Of a DNA stretch of 64,000 bases, positions 46,877 to 60,234 are shown piece by piece. The notes beneath the pieces were generated by a model. That model was given only the letters and a program-made list of their open reading frames with translations. It did not search any database and was not told the origin of the DNA. Made by a program: the position numbers and the translations under genes. Origin of the DNA: Azolla caroliniana (lineage: Eukaryota; Plantae; Polypodiophyta). Numbering within the stretch: the stretch's first letter is position 1; each line of letters opens with the position of its first letter. Where the stretch lies: contig JBHGNT010000022.1 in NCBI GenBank assembly GCA_043228905.1, positions 4,216,001-4,280,000 of the forward strand, written 5' to 3'.

Positions 46877-49800
46877 TCACTCCGGCATGGGGTGTCTTAC
46901 CAGTCTGATCCTCTTCCGGCATGCGTCCAACTTGTCGGGTGTCAGCACTTTGGTCAGCATATCTGACCCATTCTCGGCCGTGTGGATCTTCGTTAGTGCG
47001 AACTCCTGGTCATCTACTCTTTCCCGGATCCAGTGATACCTCCGCTGGATATGCTTCATCCGGGAATGGTAGGCCGCATTCTTAGCAAGGTGGATGGCAC
47101 TTTGACTGTCGCAAAAGAGTCGGTATTCCTCTTGCCGTATACCAAGCTCTCTGATGAAGTCCTTCATCCATAAAATTTCCTTGCCGGCTTCCATAGCTGC
47201 CATGTACTCCGCCTCCGTGGTTGACAATGCAACCGTCTTCTGCAGCCTCGACTGCCACGAAACAACCCCCCCTTCATATGTCATTACATACCCGGATGTA
47301 GACCAGCTGGTATCCACATCAGCCGACATGTCCGAATCGGTGAAACCGTCCAGTTGAGGTTTTCCGGAGCTGAATCAGAGACACATATTTGAAGTGCCCT
47401 TCAAATAACGGAGTATCCATTTGACCGCGTTCCAGTGCTCCTTGCCGGGATTACTCATGAACCGGCTCACCACTCCGACTGCGTATCATATATCCGGTCG
47501 AGTACAAACCATTGCGTACATCAAGCTCCCGACGACAGAGGCATATGGGATCTTCATCATATCCGCCTTCTCTGCTTTCGTCTTCGGGCTTTGCTTGCCG
47601 GATAGCCTGCAGTTTGCCGGAAGTGTCGATCCGACCGGTTTCGCTTCTGACATGTTGAACCGGTGAAGCACCTTTGTCACATACTTCTCCTGTGATAGCC
47701 ATAATTGCTTCGCTGACCGGTTCCGGATGATGTGCATCCCCAACATCTGTCTTGCCGGACCCAAGTCTTTCATTGAGAAGGTCCGGTTGAGAGCCTTCTT
47801 CAGCATCCGTATTTTGACTGGCTGGTTCGGGGTCTTGGCTGGTTCCGGTTTCAGCTTCCTCTACTTCTTCTTCAGCCTGTTCGGTATGCTCACCGTAACC
47901 GGCTGGTCTCTCGAGTGCTAACCGGTCTCTTGCCGGTTGGGTCTGTTCATCGTAGAGTCGATCCTTACCGGTCGACTCGGAGTTCATTATCTTCTTCTGC
48001 GACTCCGAGTCGGCGAGCGTCTTGTTCTCCATGAAGATAATATCTCGACTCCGGAATACCTTCTTGTCGACCAGGTCCCACACTCGGTAGCCGAACTCAT
48101 CGTCACCGTAACTGAGGAATATACATGGTCGGGTCTTTGGGTCTAACTTTCCTCTCCGGTCCTTAGCTACATGCACGTACGCGAGACACTCGAACACCTT
48201 CAGATGTCGGTAGGATACTTCCTTACCGGTCCACACTCTCTATGGCGTGTCTCCGTCCAAGGGTACTGAGGGTGATCTGTTTATCACGTATGTCGCCGTC
48301 GACAATGCCTCAACCCAAAACTTCTTGGGTAGTTTTGCATGCGCTAGCATACTCCGGACCCTCTCCATTATGGTCCGATCCATCCTCTCGGCCAGTCCGT
48401 TTAGTTCCGGCGTTTTCGGCACGGTAAATTCGAGCCGGATTCCCTTCGAGTGGCAGTACTCCTCGAACTACCCCCGATATTCTCCTCCGTTATCTGCTCG
48501 AACCGCCTTCAGCTTCCGGCCGGTTTCTCTTTCCACTCTCGCGTGGAGCTCTTTGAAGACGGATAACACCTGATCCTTCGTCTGCAACGGTGTGGCCCAC
48601 AGCTTCCGGCTGTGGTCATCTATGAACGTCACGAAGTACTGCGCTCCGGCATGTGACTTCGTGTCTACTTGACACACATCCGTATGCACCAACTCCAGTG
48701 GTGCATTACGTCTCATCGGTGGCCTTGGTCGGAAAGAGGTCCGGTTTTGCTTACCGGCCAGACAATCAGTGCACTTCTCTAAGTGCACGTTCTCCACTGG
48801 AATGAGGTTGTCGTCTGCAAGCCTCTTCATCCCCTTCTCGCTCAAATGACACAGCCTCTTGTGCCACAGCTCACCGGCAGTGTCGGAAGTTACTTTCATT
48901 TATTCCGGACATAACCGAGCATTCATCAGGTATAGGGTGTTTACCTTCCAGGCCCGAGCCAGAATCGGGCTCCCTTTGCTGAACTTCATGACACCGTTCC
49001 GGATGCTACCCTGTAGCCTTCATCATCTAGCCGACCGGCTGATATCAGGTTCAGACGAACCTCCGGAACGTGTCGGACATCCCTCACCAGCAGCTTGCAT
49101 CCGGTTGGTGTCAACAGCCACACGTCTCCTATGCCGACAATTCGGCATGTTCCTTCATTCCCCATCCGGACACAGCCATGATCACCAGCTGAGTAGGATG
49201 AGAAGCACTTCCGGTCCGGGGTAAGGTGGAACGACGCTCCGGAGTCTACCACCCAGGTCATCTCGTCGCCGGCAAGGTTTATCTCACTCTCCTCGGTGAT
49301 GAGCATCAACTCTTCTTCACTTGCCGCGACTGCCGTCGTTCCCTTCCGGTCCGGCCCCCTCCGGTCTTTACCGTTCCGGTCCGGGGTCCGCTTCGAATCG
49401 GCACCGTCGGTTTCCTTGTCTTTACGGAAGTGCCAACAGTTCTTCTGGAAGTGTCCCGGCTTGCCGCAATAGAAGCAGGTGGGCCTCCCCCTTGACTTTG
49501 ACTGTGTCCCCGACTTCTCCCAGTTCTGGGGACTACGGTTTCTATGTCTTCCGCGTTCCGATTCGGTAAGGAGCGCTTTGGAGTCGGAGCTCGTATCCTT
49601 ATCTTTTCGATGTGCCTCCTCATCTAGCAAGCTCGACTTTACTCTTGCTAGGGATAACCGCTTTCCTTCCGGCCCGGCGTTGCCCAAAGTGACAACCAAC
49701 GTCTCCCAGCTATCCGGGAGGGAACCGAGCAGGAGTAGCGCTGGTACCTCATCAGTGAGAGGTACTTCCAATGAAGTTGCCTGGTGGATCAGCCCCTGGA

Positions 49801-50170
49801 AGGCATTCATGTGCTCCGCCATGCTGGAGCCATCTTCGTACTGGAGTCTTACTAGCTTCCGGAATACCGACACCTGATTGACAACATTTTTGTTCTGAAA
49901 CATTATGCCGATCTTCTCCCAGAGCTCATGAGCCTTGCTCTCTTCATTGAAGTTGTTGTATAGGCTCATGTCGATGAAGCACCGTATGTACGCCGTTGTC
50001 TTCATGTGCATCACCTCCCATATTGTGGCGTCGATCTTGTCCGGTCTCTTGTCCCCGAACTGAACCGGTAGCCAAAGATCTTTAACCACGAGCATTTCTC
50101 TCATCTTCGACTTCCACACTGAATAGTTGGAGCCGGTGAGCTTGAACATGCCGCCAAACGATTCGTCCAT
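46877..50170 (-). pseudogene. gag-pol: Element E gag-pol; most of RT deleted near 47820
   Basis: Gag/PR 48986..50170, INT 48240..48899; the post-INT linker runs directly into MLKKAL..FSMKDLG with no DVKTAF or YVDD; RNase H 46877..47329. Confidence 0.92.
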
Positions 50171-50199
50171 TTTCTGTGTCGTTTCGCTCTGATACCACT

Positions 50200-50938
50200 T
50201 GACGGGAACTCAACGCTCCTTATCCACGACGCTTGGCCACAACCGAGATTCTTTTCATACACAGAAAACAGGAAACGAAAAACACGCGACGCAAAGGAGA
50301 GAAAAGGTACACAGGATGTTTACATGGAAAACCCAAACTGAGGGAAAAACCACGACAGCCCAAAGGCTGCAAACTATCACTATATTGGAATGTACAAACA
50401 GTGAGTTCACGGAGGCAACGATCTCGTGCTCACGATCTTCGCCACAGGCGGCGGTTACAACATAGGCAACGACCTCATTCTCTCTCTCTCTCCCTCTGTA
50501 CAATTACGCACACTAATCTCGTGCAAAACAGAAAATGACAACAAAACAAAAAGTTTGCCCTAAGTCATATTTATACTAATATGACTTTTTGGCTATTTAC
50601 AAATATAGCCTCGATGAACTCTCAGAAAACATATTTACGAATATGTCTCTTCATCCGGTTCATACCGGGTCTGCACCATCCGGCTCTCCGTAGCCGGGTA
50701 CTCCTCATCCGGTCTTCACCAGGTCTGTATCATCCGGCTCTCCGTAGTCGGGTACTCCTCATCCGGTCTTCACCGGGTCTGTATCATCCGGCTCTCCGTA
50801 GCGGGTACTCCTCATCCGGTCTTCACCGGGTCTGTATCATCCGGCTCTCCATAGCCGGGTTCTCGATAGGCCGAGGCCGAGTTTGTTCATCGGCACTGTT
50901 TTTCTCCCTTCCCATCCGGGGGGACCTGTCTCCCAACA
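50200..50938 (-). repeat. Element E 5' LTR
   Basis: Matches 46148-46866; tandem-repeat block differs. Confidence 0.95.
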
Positions 50939-50943
50939 CAATG

Positions 50944-52098
50944 TCAGGTTAACAAAGCTGAGCGACTTAAAGACTCATGACTTTTACATCCCTTGGACAT
51001 TCCCAACAATAAGTGGGAAAGTATATCCATGGATTTTATTGTTAGCCTTCCTCGCACCCAAAAAGGCCATGATGCCATCTAGATTGTGGTTGATCGACTA
51101 ACTAAAATGGCCAGATTTATTGCTACTAAAACCACGGTAATAGCTCCTGAATTGGCTTACCAATTTGTTGATGAGTTATTTCGTTTTTTATGGGTTGCCA
51201 ATGGATATCGTGAGTGATCGAGATCCAAAGTTTACTAGTGACTTCTGGACGCAAGTCTTCAAGAAGTTGGAAACTACCTTGAGCATGTGCTCCACAGATC
51301 ATCCTCAATCCGATGGACAAACAGAACGAGTAAATCAAATTATTGAGGACATGCTTCGAGCATATGTTGGTATAAAACCAACAAAATGGGAACGTTATCT
51401 CCCAATTTTGGAGTTTGCTTATAACAACTCCAAGCATACGTCGATGGGATATATTCCTTTTATGTTGATGTAATGTTTTCAGCCACGAGCCCCGATTGAT
51501 GTTAATATACATCATGATGAGTTGCGAAGTACGCAAAACTTTCTTCGGGATATGCAAGATATGTTGCATATTGCACGAGATAATATAAAAACAGCTCAAG
51601 ATAGAGCGCGTTTTTATGCCGATCATCATAGGCAACCTCGTGTATTCAACCCTGGATAGAAGGTATTTTTACGTGTACCTCACAATTCTAAGACATTGTC
51701 TACGAGTAAGTGCGCTAAGTTAGCCCCACGGTTTTGTGGACCTTTTACAGTCCTCAAACGCATTGGGTCATCAGCCTATCGTATCACTCTTCTCGATGGT
51801 GTTGGTATTCATCCAGTTTTTCATGTGAGTCGTCTAAAAGAACTTCTAGGTTCTGGCGACAATACAGTTACAACTGAAACTCTGGTTACTTCTGAAGATG
51901 TATCTTCTAAACCACATGTACCAGAAAGAATTCTTGATGTTAAAACAAAAAACTTAGGTACTAAAGAAATCCGAGAATTTAAAATAAAATGGTTGGATAA
52001 ATCAATAAAGGATACCACATGGGAACGCGAGAGTACTCTCAGAACTAACTTCCCTAACTTTCCATTGCAAGAGTGCAATGTTTTAAAGAGGGGGAGTA
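50944..52098 (+). pseudogene. pol: Element A integrase core, GPF motif and chromodomain
   Basis: SDRDPKFTS, HPQSDGQTERVN, KLAPRFCGPF, HPVFHVSRLK, PERILDVK...EFKIKWLD...TTWE. Confidence 0.93.
52085..52096 (+). promoter_or_regulatory. Element A polypurine tract
   Basis: AAAGAGGGGGAG, 2 nt before the 3' LTR. Confidence 0.9.
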
Positions 52099-52554
52099 TG
52101 TTACCGGCATGACCATATAATATCACGTGGTGAGAATTTACCGTAGTATTCTATACACGTGGATAAGTGTGAGGGTTAAACGAGAGTGCAAAGAAGGGGA
52201 GGATTACTTTTAATCCTCGGGATTGAGACAACCCATTAGGCCAAGTGTGAACTTGCCTGGGGGCCTTTGGTATCGCTATAAATAAGAGGCCTAGCTACCC
52301 TCATTTCAGGATCTTGTTCACTATGTCGAGACTTTGTCTTGTGGTGGGTCAACTCTTGTAGCGAGCGCGCCAGCACCAGGTACGACTCGACGCCACGACG
52401 GTGGTATGGGACGCCGATCGAGGCTCGAGTCCATCTCGATCCCTTCGCTCAGGGGTGGTCGGGTGGATCGGCACCCTTCTTTCTCTCGCTCCTTTCTTTC
52501 TATCGACCTAGATTTATCCTTATCTAATGCTTACTTTAGTACATGTCTCTAATA
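52099..52554 (+). repeat. Element A 3' LTR
   Basis: 456 bp, followed by TSD ATAGT. Confidence 0.95.
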
Positions 52555-52559
52555 ATAGT

Positions 52560-53110
52560 AGCTGTGGAAAAGTCGACGGTCTTCCTCATTACAATTGCGA
52601 ATTAAGAGCTGCCTTTACACCGTTGCAAATAGTCTAATCGGGGCACCTGTTGCTAACCTAGACATCTCGCCTATTTCAAACAACGTAATAAAGCTCGTAT
52701 TGTTAGAACAGGATCAAACACAGATCGTAAGAGAGATACAACCTCTAGAGATGCACATGTTTTGGGATTCATCCTCGACGCGTTGATCTTCGTTTACTAT
52801 TGCAAGCTGCATTGAAACAAGATGTGATAACATCACAGATGTACAGATGCTTGGTCGCAATTATTATCAGGTGGAGTTCGAGGTGAAATGGATGGTGTTG
52901 ATCTTACTAGAGAAGAATGTTGTGGCAGTCAAGGGAGGATGGGTGTCCTTCCATAAATGGATTCACAACTTCTCTGCAAATCAGGTACTTCATGATTTAG
53001 ATTTATGTCATACATGTGTGGTAGTGTTTCCTAATTTGCGTAAAGACTGGATGCCTTTCGTGCATCTAATTGTTGGCAATATTGTTAATCTAAAGAATCG
53101 ATGGTGATTC
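52560..53110 (+). pseudogene. L1-type LINE ORF1 remnant (DUF4283/RRM-like)
   Basis: ITDVQMLGRNYYQVEF...KGGWVSFHKWIHNF...VVFPNLRKDW fits the plant L1 ORF1 pattern. Confidence 0.65.
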
Positions 53111-53111
53111 T

Positions 53112-53159
53112 TGTGCAACGGAATCGACTAGAGATATGTGTTGTGAGTGTGTGTGTGTG

Positions 53160-53206
<47 letters not shown>

Positions 53207-54380
53207 CAAGATAGATAGATTTGAACAACAATAGAATACTCAAGTCGATGTATATTACAAAGGAGATTAACCGAACTAATTACAAAGTAGGAGGAGAGTG
53301 CTTTATATAGTCACTCTCTCTCTTCATTAACTACTGAAGCTCATGGATCATGGGGAATGTGAAAACTCATTAGTTATGTGTCATAGAATATGATTCTATG
53401 ACACATAGTTAATGTGTAGATAAGAGTGGTGACTTTTGACCTTTGAGTGCACACTCTCAAGGGTGTGTTCACACACTAGAGTAGGTTGAACTTGATTCTC
53501 AACACGCCCCCTCAAGCTCGACTTTGGTCGGCTACTTCAGTTGATGACCGCTTCGGCTCGTATATGGTTCGGACGATATCTGATACATCCGGCTCGTATC
53601 CGGTTTTTTCTTGTACTCCCCCTCAAGCTTGGCAAGTCAGGGACCATGAAACCAAGGTTTGACAGGAATTTTTGAAGCTTGTCGGCTCCTAGGGCTTTGG
53701 TGAAGACGTCGATTGTTTGAAGATTTGTAGTGATATGTTGAAGGTCGACATCGCCAGCTTGAACGCGCTCTCGAATGAAGTGATAGTGCACTTCGATATG
53801 CTTCGTGGAACATTGGGTTCCAAGCCAGATAAATACTGCTCATGTTGTTGCAGTAAAGGGGAATTGGATCTTTGATGGGAACGCCCAGATACTTTAATAT
53901 CCTCTTAAGCCATACGGCTTCACATGCAGCGACCGCTGCGCCCTTGTATTTAGCCTCTGTGCTCGGAAGAGTGACGGTTGGTTGCTTCTTGCTACTCCAA
54001 GAGATGGCTCCAGTTCCGAGGGAGAAGACGAAACCAGAGGTTGATCGTCGGTTGGCTTTGTAGCCTGCCTAGTCGGCATCTGTGTACCCCTCGAGTTGAA
54101 TTGGCGTGGCCGACTTATAGAGAATGCCATAGTCCATCGTTCTGCCCACGTATTGTAGCACTCTCTTAGCACAATCCAAATGGATATCTCATGGCGTTTG
54201 CATGAACTGGCTAAGAAGGCCGACCGAATAGCTCAGGTCTGGTCGAGTGATCGTGAGGTAGATAAGACTACCTATCAGTTGTCGATATTGAGTCGGTTCA
54301 CACTCTGTGGTGCTAGAATTGGTATCTAGTTTGAGGTTTCAGTCGAGAGGTGTTGCCACAGACTTGCACTTAGTCATCCC
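53112..54380 (-). mobile_element. Element F: Copia 3' end (RT tail, RNase H, PPT, 3' LTR ~53112-53504 with (GT)n/(GA)n), interrupted by G
   Basis: [26 protein letters not shown] and [10 protein letters not shown] motifs; PPT TTGAGGGGGCG next to ...TGTTGAG at 53504. Outer LTR end is 53112 or 53139. Confidence 0.85.
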
Positions 54381-57300
54381 TGTTAGCCGATCGACAAGGG
54401 TAGTCCAGAATGGGAAACGAGGGGATAATTAATAATCGGGAGCTGATTATATATTTATTATTATGATTTGAGAAGCGAACGGACGAACACGGAATCGGTA
54501 TGCCGATCCGGATCCGGACCAGTTCGTAGTTGGTTGCCGGTTGGCACCGGTTTGTATCTAAAGTCGGAGACGTATAAAAGGATTTGGTTAGATTGTAATC
54601 ATTAGCGGATAATTAATAGAGTGCCGTTGTTCTGTATTTAATCATTGTTAATTATCGTTCGGTGCTAAGTGTAATTTATCCTACGTGTGTATTGTGACTA
54701 ATGATCTTGTCGCTTAATAACCAATTAGGGTTCCATTAATAGTCGGTCTAACTTTATCTCACTACAACACCCTTTGGTGAAGTGTCTCAAGGGACACCCT
54801 GTGCTAGGCCATTGTCCGGCCCTAGCGATAACACAGTTTTTGGCAACCATGATTCCTGCACAAACGCAACGAACATCGGCGGGCATGGATGACTAGACCA
54901 ACAAACGACCTGGTTACGGAGCGAGCAAAAAGACTTGCCGAATGATTGCGAAAGCGAGAGGCTTTCCAACAGGAATCTGAAGAGATCCGTGTGTATCGGT
55001 CATTTTCGAAAGTAATCCGGCGAGTGGCCGCAGAGTCACTCCGTGGGCAACAGAATTCCCAACCGGACGAAGGAAGCAGCTTGAGCAGTCTCCGGGACGC
55101 GGAATCCATTCGGCAAGCACTCGCGATAGGGGGAGGCGATTCGGAACCATTCTCGGTCTTCGAATCGTATTCAGACAGTGAATGCAGTGCCCATTCGAAT
55201 TACCGTAGCAGCCATGATACCTCAGACGGACCGGAGGACGAGCAGTCAGATACCTTGCCGACACCAGAACTAGAGTTAACGGAACTGGAAGCCCCAGACC
55301 GGCAAGTGGCAGATCAACTTCTGACACCACCATGTGAGACACCAGAAATAGAGGAGGAAAGACCTCCGACACCGAAAGAGGAGGAGGAAAGACCTCCGAC
55401 ACCGAAGGAAGAAGAGGGGAGACCTCCGACACCGGACGACGACATGTCGTTCCAATATCCCAAGTATCGGGATGATCCGAATGCAAAAGCTCATGTCTAT
55501 GCTTTTTTTGCAAACATGGGAAGCAAACCATGTGTCGCAAGGCTTGACCTCCGCCGAAGCAGAACACTCGAAGGTTGCAAAGTTCGGCATGACCTTGGAA
55601 GGACCAACTGCGCGATGGCGCTTGACACAGTCCCGACACCATCACGACGTTTGAGGACTTAAAAACTAGATTTTTACAGTTCTTCAACAAGGAGGTGGAT
55701 CAAAGGGAGATGGTTGGCCTATTCTACACCATACGATAGGAACCTATGGAAACCATTCAACAATTCGTAATTTGGTTCCAGTGAATGCATAGTTAGCTCA
55801 ATCGGGCACCACCGGAGGCAGAGGCGAAAGCACTATTCCTAGCCGCACTCAGGGAACCCCTGCGTACAGTGTGCGCAGTGATCGATTTCTGCGCCAGCAC
55901 GATCCACCAAGTCATAGAACGGGTCAAGGAGATGGAGAAAACAAGCTCGTGGCTAACAATGGGGGCAGTCCAGCGTACATTACTGACAGAAGACAATCTA
56001 CGTTTTCGGCAAGCTATACAATGTACGACTTGTCTCAATGCTGGGCACTCGGCTATAGAATGTACCATGTAGAGACAATGCATATTATGCCATTCCAGTA
56101 CGCACACAATGGACCGATGCGAATATAACTTGCTGAACCGGCAAGCGGCACCGGTAAGACAAATCGAACCCCAGAGTAACCGGGAGGAGGAAGAAGAACG
56201 CTGGCGGCAAGATGAGCGTTACTGGCCGACGCAAGATATCCGGAACAATGACAGAAACGACGCTCACGAGCGAGACCGGTAGGATAGCTACTAGGACTAC
56301 ACCGGTGAACGTTATGGGTGATACAACCGGGATCACTCCCTCAGTTACAACCAACGGAGAGAAGATCAAGGACAGTAGTGGTAGACACGAACAGTTCGGC
56401 AATCACCGCCATCGTCAAAGGACAAGAATTACCACAAACGAATGTGGACGGAGGATCGGGCGTGAACGTGATCAGTCTACGGACTTGTAATACCCTGGGA
56501 ATCCAGGAATGGGAGCCTTGCCCATTTTGGCTCCGGATGGCGGATACAAGTTCGGTAAGGCCTACCGGTTTGATACGGGATCTAGACGTAACTATCGGAG
56601 GTCATGCATTCCGCATTTTGGTGATGGTTCTCCAGCTCAATGTGCAAGGGGCTTACCTACTGTTGCTGGGCCAGCCATGGCTAAAAACGTCGCATATCAA
56701 AAAAAACTAGTGGAAAAACATGATCACCTTCCGACAAGGAAAAACTAAAGTAAGGGTACCTACCCACCCTCAAGCAAGTACGGGCAAGGAGCTGACACCG
56801 CTATATGCGGAAGGTGTAAACATGCTCGAGGGGCTTGGATGAAGAGGTCGATCAATACTTAGAGAAGAAAACCCAAAAATTGTACCCCTATTTGGGATCG
56901 ATGTGGTGGAAGCAATATCACCATATAGAATGCAATCGGATGACGTCGTCGAGGAACCGGATCGGGAAGCTATCAGAGAATTACGGCAAGCACAGGAAGC
57001 TCTGGAGAGGGAGATGGCGGTATCCCAACGTGTGAAAGCATCCCAATTAGAGGAAGTTAACTTAGGGACTGGGGACGACGCCAGATCGGTTCATATTGCT
57101 AAGGAAATGTCACCGGACAACAGGACGGCGATGATCACTTTATTAAAGGAATTCCGGGACGTATTCGCCTGGTCCTATGAAGACATGCGGGGGATGGATC
57201 CTCAGTTGTACCAACACCCAAAACACCTTAGTAAGGATGCCAAACCGGTAGCATAATGACGGTACCGGATGAACCCTAACTATGCGGCAAAGGTGAAATA

Positions 57301-59880
57301 GGAAATTGACAAGTTGCTACGGGTCGGGTTTATTCGACCAGTGAAAAAAGCTACATGGTTAAGTCCCATAGTCTTCGTGCCGAAAAAGAACGATAAGATC
57401 CGGGTGTGCGTTGATTAACGAAAACTCAATGCGGCAATAGTGACTGACGCCTTTCCACTTCCATTTATGGATGGAGTCCTGGACGCGGTAGCTGGTCATG
57501 AAGTGTATAACTTTCTAGACGGTTTCAGTGGCTACAATCAAATAAGGATGCACCCCGACGACCAAGACAAAACGGTGTTCGTCATTGAATGGGGAGTCTT
57601 TGTTGCGGTGGTAATGATGTTCGGGCTCAAGACTGCGCCGACGACCTTCCAACGAATAATCATGGAAATATTTGGCGAGTTCATTTCGGCATTCATGCAG
57701 GTATTCCTGGATGACTTCGCTGTGTATAGTCGAGAAGGAGAGCATCTCTAACACCTTCAGCTATGTCTTGAGAAATGCAGGAGTTATCGGCTAAGCTTGA
57801 ATCTAGCAAAGGTGTGTTCGGAGTAACAAGCGGTGCATTGCTGGGCCATCTAGTCAGCAACGACAGGATCGCGGTAGACCCCGATAAGGTGAAAGCAATC
57901 TTAGAAGCACCGGCACCATCCACGGCCAAAGCTTTGAGTCGGTTTATAGGGAAAATCCGGTCGCATAGCCGGATGCTCCGGTATTTGGCCGATCTTGCTA
58001 CACCATTGCATGCCGCGGTTCACCGGACACCATTCCAATGGATAAATACGGAGGATGAGGCGTACCGGGCACTAAAAGTACTGCTATCACAAGCACCGGT
58101 AGTGCAACCACCAGACTGGTCAAATGAATTCCACGTGTTCATTGATATGCCCGACATAGCAATCGACAACGCACTAATGCAACTAACGGAACCGAAATGG
58201 TACCGGCCGGTCTATTATGCTAGCCGGAAACTATCCCAAGTAGAACGAAATTATTCAACAACGGAACGAGAAGCCTTAGGGATAATTTACAATGTTACCA
58301 AGTTCAGGCACTATTTATTGGGAACGAAATTTTCATTTCATGTCGACCACTCAGCGCTATTATATTTGGTCTCAAAGGCATCGTTCACCGACAAGTTGGC
58401 CCAATGGACATTGTTGCTACAAGAGTTTGAGTTCGAAATATATCACCGGCCCGGAATACAGCATGCGGTTGCCAATTATCTGAGCCAGTTAGATTCCGGC
58501 CAGACCGGGGATGGAATCCCGGATGAGTTTCCAGATCCAGAGTTGTTTAAAGTAACAGCAGAAACGGCAAAGGATAGCATGGTAGTCGACGAAAACAAAT
58601 GGCTAACCAACATGCATCAATTCCTAAGCACGAGACTCCAACCAAAGGAGATGAACCGGGATGTCCGGAAGCGGTTAACGGTGCAAAGACAACATTTTTG
58701 TCTACTACAAGACACCCTGTACCACAAAGGCGTGGATGGCATATGGCGACGAGCAGTGCGAAGAGACGAAAAGGACACAATATTACGAGAAGCGCACTGT
58801 GGCGTTGCCGGAAGGGACTATGTCAGGGATGCTACGGCAAGAAAGATATGGCACAACGGGCTATGGTGGCCGACGACACTAAAGGACTCGGTTCGGTACG
58901 CGAAAGTCTATGATTTGTGTCAGTGGATGGGCCAACCAATAGAACAGGCAAGGATGCCTCACCCGTCGGTGCTACCCTTAGAACCCTTTCAAAAATAGGG
59001 GTTGGATTTCGTTGGGCCGTTTAAACATCCCGCAATGAGAACCGACAACAGATATGTTATAGTCGCCACCGATTATTGCACCAAGTGGGTAGAAGTCAAC
59101 GCTTTGCGCGACAACACTGCGGCATCAAAGACAAAGTTCTTATATGAGTACATCTGGTGCCGGTATGGATGCCCGATCGAGTTAATTAGCGACCAAGGCG
59201 GACATTTTCTCGCTCAAGTAGTGGAGAGCTTAACAACATTCTATGCCGTGGTACACAAGCGTAGTACCCCTTATTATCCACAGGCCAATGGACCAATCCG
59301 GTTAGCATTTGTGCTTGAAGCAATAATGCCGATCGAATTTCAGGTTCGGATTTTGCGGATACAGGTTAGAGAACGACTAAGTGAAAAGGAATCGGAAAAA
59401 ATCCGGTTAGACGCATTATGGGAACTCGTGGAGCATCGGATAGCAAGTCTCATGCAGTTGGAACTAGAGCAGCAACGAAGGAAGGCGTATGTCGATCGGC
59501 ACCGAAACAACAACGAGAAGATGTTCGGGATCGGCAAGCCGGTACTGGTGTTCCAGACCCGGATGGGTCAGATGCAGGGAAAGCTACGGTTCCGGTGGAC
59601 CGGACTGTATTGGATTACGCGGGAATTCAATGGGTCATACCAGCTTGGAACGCTCGCCGGTGAGATAATGGACAAGTGGGTCAATGGGTTTCGACTCAAA
59701 CCATATTGTGGACCTATGCCACAGAATCTGTTCGAGCAAACGGAGACTAATACAACAGGAGGAAGCAGGAAAAAAGTACCTGATAGTCAGGCGGAGCTGA
59801 CGGTACCGGATAACGACAAGCAGGTGGCCGACTAACGTGAATATGGGGAAAAACTGGGATCGGACCCATTGCTTCCAGTT
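54381..59880 (+). mobile_element. Element G: older, more decayed B/C-family Ty3/Gypsy (5' LTR, PBS, gag-pol); 3' part not in the window
   Basis: LTR 54381-54833 TGTTA...TAACA with the same U5 motifs; PBS TGGCAACCATG (54841-54851); left flank ATCCC. Confidence 0.92.
54889..59835 (+). pseudogene. gag-pol: Element G gag-pol with many stops, frameshifts and an internal deletion at ~56370
   Basis: Colinear with C; the DHS..Y..RED region joins directly to the pre-protease VVDTNS. Confidence 0.92.
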
Positions 59881-60234
59881 AAGGGTGAAAGCATGCGAGT
59901 GGAAACAATTAGCTATGTCCTTGACATAGCTAATTAGCTATGCAAAAAGCTACCATTGATAAATAGTCATTTTAGTAAAAAGCCATCATTAATAAATTAA
60001 GTATGCAAAAAACTACCATTGAAAATACTAAAGTGTTTTAATTACATATGTAAATGAGTGCCATAAATGTGCAACATAAATTGATGTGTGCACCATAAAT
60101 GTGTACCATAAATTATATATCGAATTCCTAGGTCCATTATGCATGATCCTTTGCCACATCACGTAGGCCATCTCTAGTTGAGTACTGTGGGTTAGTTGCT
60201 ACCACTGTTGCTAAACCCTATCGAGTCCACCTGC

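Larger units (their letters stand above)
46148..50938 (-). mobile_element. Element E: Ty1/Copia, internally deleted and decayed, inserted in the integrase of A
   Basis: LTRs 46148-46866 and 50200-50938; TSD CAATG; PBS TGGTATCAGAGC (50186-50197); PPT next to 46866. Confidence 0.96.
15517..52554 (+). mobile_element. Element A: Ty3/Gypsy chromovirus (Tekay/Reina-like), full length but split by nested B, C(+D) and E
   Basis: 456-bp LTR pair, TSD ATAGT (15512-15516 / 52555-52559), Met PBS, PPT, domain order gag-PR-RT-RH-INT-chromodomain. Confidence 0.95.

Noticed and set aside
46529-46966. LTR-encoded repetitive protein (also 50581..50952)
   Set aside because: Artefact of CCGG-rich tandem repeats, and antisense to the element
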